Shown here: in pieces, positions 33,207-39,932 of the stretch
Layout of the letters: the number at the start of each line of letters is the position of its first letter
Position numbering within the stretch: the first letter of the stretch is position 1
NCBI GenBank assembly: GCA_025463965.1
Contig: JAODBN010000394.1
Span: 1 to 39,932 of the forward strand
Length of the DNA stretch: 39,932 nt
Reading direction: 5' to 3'
From: Acidimicrobiaceae bacterium
GTDB taxonomy: Bacteria; Actinomycetota; Acidimicrobiia; Acidimicrobiales; Bog-793
Translations under genes and position numbers: made by a program
Notes under the pieces: generated by a model
What the model was told of the DNA's origin: nothing
The model's input: only the letters and a program-made list of their open reading frames with translations
Database searches by the model: none

Positions 33207-34295
33207 GTGAGCACAACCACCGAGCACCGAATGTTGTCGTACATCTTCGAGGACGCCGATGCTCTCGATCGCACCTTGAAGGCTTCCACGGAGCAGGTCG
33301 CCGACATCGTCGCGGAAGCGAAGAAGCGCGGTTGTAAGCGCGTCATCCTGAGCGGCGTCGGGAGTTCCTATACGGCCGCGCTTGCCGCACGCCCCGTGTT
33401 CGACAACCTGGTCGACCTCCCGACGTACGTCCTGCCGGCAACGGAGCTTGCGCTCTTTCCCAAGCTCGTGAACGCGGACGCCCTTCTTCTCCTGCTCTCG
33501 CGCTCTGGGGAGCGCAAGTTCCTGCTAGATGCTCTCGCCACGGCGGAGAAGGCCCAGGCACTCACTGTCGCCGTGACCGGCGCTGCAGAGAGCCTGCTCG
33601 CGCAGCGGGCGGACCGGGTGGTCCTGACGGCGGAGGGGCCCGAGGCCTCGTTTCCGAAGACTAAGAGCGTCATCGCTGGGATTGGTGTGTTCACTGCCTT
33701 TGGCTTGGCGCTTGCAGGCCGCGGTGCGGAGGAGTTGGGCCTTCCGCTCATCTCAGGCTTGATCAACGAGGCTCTCGCTGACGCCCGACCGGCGCTCGAT
33801 GCCATGGCAGCCGAGCTGTTCGCCTGCGACCAGGTGATCATCGCCGGCACCGCAGGCAACTTCGGCGCCGCGATGGAGATGCAAATCAAGCTCCAGGAGA
33901 GCGCGCTTGTCACGGCGCAGTTCATGGACACCGGCAATCTCTTCCATGGGCCGTTGTGCGTGCTCAACGAGAAGTGGCTGATCATTCTTGCCGTCACTGC
34001 TGGCGATGCGGATGTCTCGTCTGAGACGATTCGCCTGGTCCGCGAGCTCGGCGCCAAGTCGCTTGCGCTGGTACCGAGCGGCGTCGTGCTCGAGCATGCA
34101 GCCGACTTCACGATTGAGCTGCCCAAGACGCCGAGTGACCTCTTCGCGCCTCTTGTCTCCCTGCCCGTCCTCCAGTTGTTGTCCTATCTCTGGACCGTGG
34201 CGAAGGGTGTGAACCCAGACTCGCCCCCAGGTTCGGGGGTGATCATGAGCGCGCTCCTTCCGGACGGGCGAGTCGAGGCCGAGGCCCGGCCGTGA
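33207..34295 (+). CDS. Double SIS-domain sugar-phosphate isomerase/deglycase-like protein (GlmS C-terminal / AgaS / FrlB-like), copy 1
   Basis: ORF 33207..34295. VILSGVGSSYTAA and LLLSRSGERK (SIS 1), then IIAGTAGNFGAAMEMQIKLQE (SIS 2). Confidence 0.8.
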   Translation: MSTTTEHRMLSYIFEDADALDRTLKASTEQVADIVAEAKKRGCKRVILSGVGSSYTAALAARPVFDNLVDLPTYVLPATELALFPKLVNADALLLLLSRSGERKFLLDALATAEKAQALTVAVTGAAESLLAQRADRVVLTAEGPEASFPKTKSVIAGIGVFTAFGLALAGRGAEELGLPLISGLINEALADARPALDAMAAELFACDQVIIAGTAGNFGAAMEMQIKLQESALVTAQFMDTGNLFHGPLCVLNEKWLIILAVTAGDADVSSETIRLVRELGAKSLALVPSGVVLEHAADFTIELPKTPSDLFAPLVSLPVLQLLSYLWTVAKGVNPDSPPGSGVIMSALLPDGRVEAEARP

Positions 34296-34326
34296 ACGAG
34301 GGCCGAGGCCGGGCTCCGACCGCATC

Positions 34327-35241
34327 ATGGCCCGACTTTGGAAGCTGCTGGGGCCACCTAGAGCAAGGGAACATCGTGTTGTGCTGAGTCCCGAGCTGCC
34401 GTGGGTCTCGGCAGCGGCGCTCGGCTCGTCGTTGACCGGTGGTGCGGCTGACTATTTGAGCGGGACGCTGTCCCGGCGCATCGGCGTACTGAGGTTCCTG
34501 CTTGGGTCGCGACTTATCGCCGTCACGGCGCTCGGAGCTTGCCTCTTGGTTGTCCGTCGTACGCCGTCACCCATGGCCGCACTCGAAGGTGTCGCAGCCG
34601 GCATTGCGTCGACCGTCGGGTTATACGCGTTCATCCGCGCCTCCGTAGAGGGTCGGATGACCATCGTTGCTCCCGTTACCGCAACTGGGGTCATTGTCCC
34701 CATCGCGGCTGGGTTGGTGGCGGGCGCACGACCGAGTGCCGTGCAGCTCGGAGGCATCTTCGCCGCGGCGGCCGGCGTCGCGTGCGCCGGCTACTCGCCG
34801 GACACCGACACGGACACCGGCCCGCGCTCGACTGGACTGGCCTGGTCAATCCTGGCGGCTCTTGGAACTGGCGTGTTCTTCTGGCTCATGGCGCTGGCGA
34901 GCCGCGGCGATGTGCTGTGGTCGCTGTTTATCGTCCAGGCCGTCCCTGCGGCGTGCTTCATGGCCGTCGGTCGAGTGCACGGCGTGCGGCCATTTGACGC
35001 TATGCGCATCGCCGGCGCTCGCGGGGTGCTTTGCTGCTCCCTGTTGGGCTTGAGCAGCATCGTCTTGTACTCTCTCGCAACCAGCCGTGGCCAGCTCGTG
35101 AGCGTGTCTGTGCTCGCATCGCTCTTTCCGGTAGTGCCCGTGGTTCTCGCATATTGCTTCCTCAATGAGCGTGTGGCGCGTACGCAATACGCGGGCATTG
35201 GCGTCGTCCTCATGGGCATCCTGATGATGGCGGCCGGCTAG
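34327..35241 (+). CDS. EamA/DMT superfamily transporter
   Basis: ORF 34327..35241. About 10 hydrophobic segments and a C-terminal FLNERV...GIGVVLMGILMM typical of EamA repeats. The start is uncertain; a GTG near 34375 is possible. Confidence 0.7.
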   Translation: MARLWKLLGPPRAREHRVVLSPELPWVSAAALGSSLTGGAADYLSGTLSRRIGVLRFLLGSRLIAVTALGACLLVVRRTPSPMAALEGVAAGIASTVGLYAFIRASVEGRMTIVAPVTATGVIVPIAAGLVAGARPSAVQLGGIFAAAAGVACAGYSPDTDTDTGPRSTGLAWSILAALGTGVFFWLMALASRGDVLWSLFIVQAVPAACFMAVGRVHGVRPFDAMRIAGARGVLCCSLLGLSSIVLYSLATSRGQLVSVSVLASLFPVVPVVLAYCFLNERVARTQYAGIGVVLMGILMMAAG

Positions 35242-35656
35242 CTGCGCATGAGCGAATCGCGGGCAACTGTGCACAGTGCAGGCGAAGGAGCGCGGCCAAA
35301 AAACTCAGGTGCGCTCAGCTCGAGATGAACGGAAACGGAGAGAACGACGATTCATGACGAGACAAATTGACGACAACAGGCCCTAGAGGAGTGTTCTGAG
35401 GCATACCCGGTGAGTTGGCCCCGCACCGCGTCGCTCCCAGCGAGGGCGGTGGTTCGCCGCTGCAGTGGTGGTGATCAGCCTCGCCGGTCGCGAAATATGC
35501 GGCTGATAGACATCGTCCGCCACCGAACTGGTCCATTCCTTGGAGCCTGACCTGCACGGCGGTCCACCACTTTGCCAAGAGAGCGCAGTTCGAGGTCCTC
35601 GGCGAGGTGTCCTCCGCAGCGCCGCCAATCCGATCCAGAGAAGATGAGGTTGACCG

Positions 35657-36748
35657 GTGACCGAACCCCGCATGCTCGGCTACATCCGCGAGATGCCCGA
35701 GGCCGTAGCCGCCACCTTGCGGGCCTCGGCACCTGGCGTCGAGCAGCTACGCGTATTGGCCACAGAACGGCGCCCCTCGAACGTTGTATTCGCGGGCCTT
35801 GGCAGTTCCTATACCGCCGCCCAAATCGCGTCACCCTTGCTTCGTCAGTGTCTGCCGTGGCCTACCACCATCACGGTCGCCACGGAGGTTGGGATCGACC
35901 GGGGCATTGCGCTTGGTCCGGACACTCTTGTCATCCTGATCTCACGGTCGGGGGAGCGAGGCGGAATCGCCGATGCTCTCAAGGCAGCGCGCCGGGCCGG
36001 CGCTTTGTGCGTGGCCGTCACAGCCGTCGAATCCAGCATGCTGGCCACGGAATGTGACCAAGTGGTGGTGACTGGGGAAGGGCCCGAGAGCGCCTACCCG
36101 AAGACGAAGAGCGTCATCGCGAGTGCAGCTCTTCTCATGGCTCTCGGGATAGCCCTCGATCATGACGATGCTCGACAGACCCGCCTCGCGCAGCTAATCG
36201 GCGACATGCCGCGCCTGCTCGGTGAGGGACTGGCAGACGCCGAAGCAAGCTTCGACAGACTCCCTGACTCACTCACGCTTCATCGCTCGGCCTTCTTCAC
36301 CGGCACAGCCGGGAATCAAGGCGTCGCCCAAGAGGGCGCGCTCAAGATCCAGGAGGCTGCCGCGGTCACTGCCGAGTGGGACGAAACGGGTAGTGCGTTC
36401 TACGGAACCATCAACATCCTTAGCCCCGGCTGGCTCCTTGTCCCGTTGATTACGCAGGACGACCTTGAGCTCAACAGAAACCTGTTGCGCGTGGCCGGCC
36501 GTTTCGGAGCGCACCGCCTCTGTATTGCCGAGTCGACGGTCTCACTCAAGGGCGAGTGCGAGGCAGTGATCCCCGTGCCGGCGAGCCCCGAACCGCTCCT
36601 GGCACCGCTGCTCTACCTGCCTCCGGTCCATCTGCTGACGTATCGCTGCGCTGTAGGCCGAGGACTGAATCCAGACTCACCGGTGTTCGCCCAGATGATG
36701 TTGAAGGAGATGCTTCCTCCTGGGAGGGAAGAACCCGACTGGGCGTGA
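35657..36748 (+). CDS. Double SIS-domain sugar-phosphate isomerase/deglycase-like protein, copy 2 (paralogue of 33207..34295)
   Basis: ORF 35657..36748. It aligns by eye with copy 1 along its length (EPRMLGYIREM vs EHRMLSYIFED; GLGSSYTAA; ISRSGERG; EGPESAYPKTKSVIA vs EGPEASFPKTKSVIA; GLNPDSP vs GVNPDSP). Confidence 0.8.
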   Translation: MTEPRMLGYIREMPEAVAATLRASAPGVEQLRVLATERRPSNVVFAGLGSSYTAAQIASPLLRQCLPWPTTITVATEVGIDRGIALGPDTLVILISRSGERGGIADALKAARRAGALCVAVTAVESSMLATECDQVVVTGEGPESAYPKTKSVIASAALLMALGIALDHDDARQTRLAQLIGDMPRLLGEGLADAEASFDRLPDSLTLHRSAFFTGTAGNQGVAQEGALKIQEAAAVTAEWDETGSAFYGTINILSPGWLLVPLITQDDLELNRNLLRVAGRFGAHRLCIAESTVSLKGECEAVIPVPASPEPLLAPLLYLPPVHLLTYRCAVGRGLNPDSPVFAQMMLKEMLPPGREEPDWA

Positions 36749-36933
36749 GCCGTCTGAAAGATACCGGTTGAGGCAAGACGATGGCGAGCCAGCGGCGAGA
36801 AATCGTGCGATGTCGTGCCGGTCTGAGTACACGACGTAGTGCCGGGCGGTATCAGGCGTTCGCTGACCATCGGATTGGAGACAAGCGGCTCGAGCTTGGA
36901 CTGCATAACCGTGTGAGAAAGGGCGTGAGAACG

Positions 36934-37332
36934 ATGGCAGAACGCGTGGCAGTGGAGGGGCTCGGCGTTGACCCGGTCCTCCACCGGTTCCTCGTCGAGG
37001 AGGCGCTCCCATGCTCGGGTGTTGAGCCGACCGCGTTCTGGCGCGGGCTTGCCAGGTTCGTTGCGGACAAGAGCGGTAGGAATCGCCAGCTGCTCGAGCG
37101 ACGAGCAGAGCTGCAGCGGCAGATTGACGGCTGGCACCTTGAGCGCCGCGGTCATGGCCTTTATCCCGCCGCCTATCGGGAAATGCTCGAATCGATCGGG
37201 TACCTCGACGCCGAGGGCCCTGACTTCCATATCGAGACGTCCGGCGTTGATCCGGAGATCGCCGAGCTCTCCGGTCCCCAGCTCGTCCTGCATGCCGCGC
37301 GCAGAGAGGAAAAGGAGAGGCGGTCCCGATGA
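36934..37332 (+). pseudogene. glcB: Truncated malate synthase G (N-terminal ~118 aa of ~720) with an unrelated 15-aa tail
   Basis: MAERVAVEGLGVDPVLHRFLVEEALPCSGVEPTAFWRGLARFVADKSGRNRQLLERRAELQRQIDGWH...IGYLDAEGPDFHIETSGVDPEIAELSGPQLV aligns with the GlcB N-terminus (M. tuberculosis GlcB, from memory, up to ...AGPQLVVP). Similarity then ends and the frame stops at 37332, overlapping the glcG ATG. Confidence 0.7.
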
Positions 37333-37760
37333 GTGTGCTGACGCTCAACCAGGCGCGGCGGATCATCGCCGCCGCGTTCGCCGAAGGGGAGCGTCTGCAG
37401 CTCAAGCCGCTTTCGGTCGTCGTGCTCGACGCGGGCGGTCACCTGAAGGCCTTCGAACGACAAGACGGCGCCTCAAACCTGCGGTTCCAGGTCGCCTTCG
37501 GCAAGGCGTACGGAGGCCTCGGACTCGGGGTGGGCTCGAGGGCGCTGATGGCCCGAGCCGAACAGCAGCCGTATTTCATCGCGGCGGTGAACGGCGCGAT
37601 CGGCGGCGGTCTCGTCCCCGTACCGGGCGGCGTCCTGGTGCTAAGCCCGGAGCAGGAGCTGGTCGGCGCCGTCGGGGTATCGGGCGATACCTCGGACAAC
37701 GACGAGCTGGCGGCGGTCGTTGGCATCGAGGCTGTGGCACTCGTCGCCGAGACGGGGTAA
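37329..37760 (+). CDS. glcG: GlcG/HbpS-like heme-binding protein (DUF336)
   Basis: ORF 37329..37760 (143 aa). LVGAVGVSGDTSDNDELAA is the characteristic DUF336 motif. Confidence 0.8.
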   Translation: MSVLTLNQARRIIAAAFAEGERLQLKPLSVVVLDAGGHLKAFERQDGASNLRFQVAFGKAYGGLGLGVGSRALMARAEQQPYFIAAVNGAIGGGLVPVPGGVLVLSPEQELVGAVGVSGDTSDNDELAAVVGIEAVALVAETG

Positions 37761-38191
37761 CCGCCCTGCACATCCGTCGACGCGTCCGCGCGTCGGCACT
37801 GGGAATTCCGGAGTCGCCGCCGCCCGAACTCGTCGCGGCGTTCGATGCGGACGCGTGCGCGTCGACCGCGCCGAGCGGGAGTAAGGATCCCAGCATGGAT
37901 GACCGTCCTGCCCACTTGACCGCGACGGGCCACTTCTCGTCGGTGGACACGGAGCGGACACAGCGCAGAAGCTCGACCAGCTGAACAGACAAGCCCGCGA
38001 AGTCGCTCTTCAGCACAAAGTAGCCCACTTCCCGCCAGCCCTTCTCCCGCATCCTCGCCTACGCTCGCCCGACAGGGCTCGGCTTCCCGCCGTGGGCCGA
38101 CGAGCTGAAGCTCCGGTCGGTGCCCGAAGCGCCAACGAGAGAGGAGAAGGGGGCAGAGGGTGGTCCGTCCATTCCCCGGTTCCCTCTCGCC

Positions 38192-38561
38192 ATGCCGATC
38201 GAGGACCTCTCGCCGGGTCCGCTCTTTCTACGGCGACGTTCTGGACCGTGAGCTAGGGCGCCTGAGCGACCGCAGGAATCTCCGCGGACACGAGGTCGTC
38301 AGCCGGGTCGTGCGGCGGGGGGCAATCGAACAGCACAACGCGGCGGACGGCCACGACGGGGCTAACTGGCACCTGCTCTTGACCGTCTTTGAGTTCCAGG
38401 TGTTCGCGCGGCGCCTGCGCGAGGCGAAGGTGGCTTCATGATCGAGCCCTGCCTTCTCCTGCAGAAAGGGGGGCGAGTATTTGGCCATGCTCCTTCGCGA
38501 CCCCGCAAGGAAGGCGACGGAGTTCAAAGCCTGCGCCGACACCCGGGCCTTCGCCGTCTGA
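38192..38561 (+). pseudogene. VOC (glyoxalase/bleomycin-resistance fold) family pseudogene: one frameshift near the N-terminus plus one in-frame TGA
   Basis: ATG 38192 gives MPIEDLS..., which shifts by 1 nt into RRVRSFYGDVLDRELG...NWHLLLTVFEFQVFARRLREAKVAS. An in-frame TGA (38439-38441) then precedes SSPAFSCRKGGEYLAMLLRDPARKATEFKA...*. The reconstructed ~123 aa has the VOC pattern (DL..s..FY.dvLG ... H.a..V ... fRDPdGn..E). Low certainty. Confidence 0.4.
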
Positions 38562-38613
38562 GGCGCTCGGAGCGAAGCCTTTGAGTTCGGCTGCTCACGC
38601 CCCGGCCGCCGAG

Positions 38614-39932
38614 ATGGACGCGGCGTCACGCGGGCCATCGCGCCCGGCCGGCAGCTCGCGTGGGAACGGTGGAGCGCTGACATCGGCTGAAGTCGCGCTT
38701 GCCGGGGTCATGGCTGGCGTGACGGTCGTCGTCGCCGTGTTCGGCTCGCTCGTACCTCACGCCGGTCCGGTGGGTCTGCTCGCCGCTCTTCCCCAGGCGC
38801 TCGTGGCCGAGCGGCACCGATTCCGAGCGGTGCTGGCCAGCGCGTTCGCGGCAAGCCTCGTGGCCTTCATCGTGGCCGGCCTCGGACCAGTGCTCATCGT
38901 GGTGGCCTGCGCCACCGTCGGAGCCATCGTCGGAAGCCTCAAGCGGCGACACCGCTCCACGGCGTGGGTGCTCCTAACCGCCCTCCTCTTGGCGCCAGCG
39001 TTCGCGGCGCTCGCCGACGCCGCCCTGCTGGTGCTCACGTTCGCGCGGCGCCTCGCCCTCGATCAGGTGAAGATCGCCGTCAACGGGCTCGCCGCGATCC
39101 TTCGCCGCGTTGGGCTGTCTGCGGCAGCCCGTTGGTGCCAGCACCTGGTGGACCTGTTCGTGAAGGACTGGTGGATCGTCGTGGCCGCAGCGGTCGCGCT
39201 CGGCGTCCTGGCAACGATCGTGGTGACGTGGCTCGTGCTCGGAGCGGTTCTCGGCCGTCTGGATTGGGTCCCCACTGAAGACCGCTTCGCATCGGTGGGG
39301 CGCGCCGGATCCGGCGAGGGGGCCGAAGTCTCGCCGCTCCCGCTGCGGCTGAAAGGCGTCGGATACCGCTACCCCGGAGCTGCGACAGAGGCGCTCAATG
39401 GCATCGACCTCGAGATCGGCCCCGGTGAGTTCGTCGGGATCGTCGGGCCAAACGGATCGGGAAAGTCCACTCTCGCCCGGATCCTCGGCGGGGTCGCCCC
39501 AACCTCTGGAAGCGTCGAGCGCCCAGGAGCCACTGGCCTCGGCTCGCCAGGCGGAGTTGCCATCGTCAGCCAGCGCCCCGAGAGCCAGATCCTCGGGGTG
39601 CGGGTAGACGACGACGTGGCCTGGGGCGTTGCTGAGGAGGATCTCCCAGACACCGCCTCGATTCTCGCCATGGTTGGCCTCGAGGGCATGGAGAGCCGGG
39701 AGACAGCAACGCTCTCGGGGGGTGAGCTTCAGCGTCTCGCGGTCGCCGCGGCGCTGGCCCGGCGACCTCGACTGCTGATCTCCGACGAGTCGACGGCGAT
39801 GATCGACGCCCAAGGCAGCGAGGTACTTCTCGAAGTCCTCGGAGAACTGGTGCGCCGCTACCCCTTGGCGGTGGTGCACGTGACGCATCGTGAAGCTGAG
39901 GCGGCCTTCGCCGATCGGCTCATCCGGCTCGA
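38614..39932 (+). CDS. Membrane-domain / ABC ATPase fusion (ECF-CbiO-like ATP-binding domain), 3' end cut by window edge
   Basis: Not in the ORF track because it has no stop in the window; translated manually. About 190 aa with 4-5 hydrophobic helices (VTVVVAVFGSLV..., LVAFIVAGLGPVLIVVACATVGAIVG, WVLLTALLLAPAFAAL..., WWIVVAAAVALGVLATIVVTWLVLGAVLG). Then LRLKGVGYRY..., Walker A GPNGSGKST, signature LSGGELQR and Walker B LLISDEST. The start is uncertain: ATG 38614, ATG 38710, or further upstream. Confidence 0.75.
   Translation, partial: MDAASRGPSRPAGSSRGNGGALTSAEVALAGVMAGVTVVVAVFGSLVPHAGPVGLLAALPQALVAERHRFRAVLASAFAASLVAFIVAGLGPVLIVVACATVGAIVGSLKRRHRSTAWVLLTALLLAPAFAALADAALLVLTFARRLALDQVKIAVNGLAAILRRVGLSAAARWCQHLVDLFVKDWWIVVAAAVALGVLATIVVTWLVLGAVLGRLDWVPTEDRFASVGRAGSGEGAEVSPLPLRLKGVGYRYPGAATEALNGIDLEIGPGEFVGIVGPNGSGKSTLARILGGVAPTSGSVERPGATGLGSPGGVAIVSQRPESQILGVRVDDDVAWGVAEEDLPDTASILAMVGLEGMESRETATLSGGELQRLAVAAALARRPRLLISDESTAMIDAQGSEVLLEVLGELVRRYPLAVVHVTHREAEAAFADRLIRL

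Noticed and set aside
35315-35578. An 87-aa minus-strand ORF inside the 415-bp gap before the second SIS gene
   Set aside because: No start context, no motif, and odd composition (HHHC, poly-Gly). The region is kept as non-coding spacer pending RNA or profile evidence.
37576-38052. A minus-strand ORF beginning MREKGWREVGYFVLK, reminiscent of the C-terminal ...GFxEVG end of GNAT acetyltransferases
   Set aside because: An in-frame TAG lies immediately upstream, so there is no room for a GNAT fold. The ORF also runs 185 nt into the well-supported glcG gene. It is at best a relic and cannot be supported as a gene.

Overview
High-GC, Actinomycetota-like chromosomal window, annotated by eye from the ORF track and from remembered family motifs; no searches were run. 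(1) 1-9.7 kb is a conserved housekeeping block: uvrC (5' truncated), a SAM methyltransferase, rapZ, yvcK, gap, pgk, tpiA, secG and a family-5 solute-binding protein. Several junctions are stop/start overlaps, and no whiA lies between yvcK and gap. (2) tRNA-Leu(GAG) sits at 9777-9860. A ~5.3 kb island follows, bounded by a perfect 19-bp direct repeat of the tRNA 3' end (9843-9861 and 15125-15143). It carries an IS481-like transposase remnant and four accessory genes: an Mrr-type PD-(D/E)xK nuclease fused to a ~430-aa unknown domain; an OGG-fold HhH-GPD glycosylase-like protein that keeps the hOGG1 Lys/Asp spacing; a co-directional unknown helical protein; and a DUF4238 protein. This is my best candidate for an undescribed anti-phage/DNA-modification-sensing system. 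Distal to the displaced tRNA end (which still encodes CCA and a terminator hairpin) lies a badly decayed tyrosine integrase, suggesting tandem accretion at this tRNA. (3) 16.2-36.7 kb is a large accessory sugar/amino-sugar-like catabolic locus. It encodes a PhyH dioxygenase, an rpe-like epimerase, a ROK kinase, an FAD oxidase, an unusual PEP-hydrolase-like TIM barrel fused to an APH/MtnK-like kinase, an ABC importer, a MurD-like ligase, a PdxA-like dehydrogenase, an SMP-30 lactonase, an RraA-like aldolase, an AKR, a GntR/HutC regulator, a beta-lactamase-fold hydrolase, two paralogous double-SIS proteins and a DMT transporter. A 10-mer, CTAGATGAGT, and its palindromic derivatives recur at five promoter regions of this locus and are probably the GntR operator. 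(4) 36.9-38.6 kb is a decay zone: a truncated malate synthase G, an intact glcG and a VOC-family pseudogene. (5) 38.6 kb to the window end is a membrane-domain/ABC-ATPase fusion, 3' truncated. No rRNA or CRISPR array was seen.
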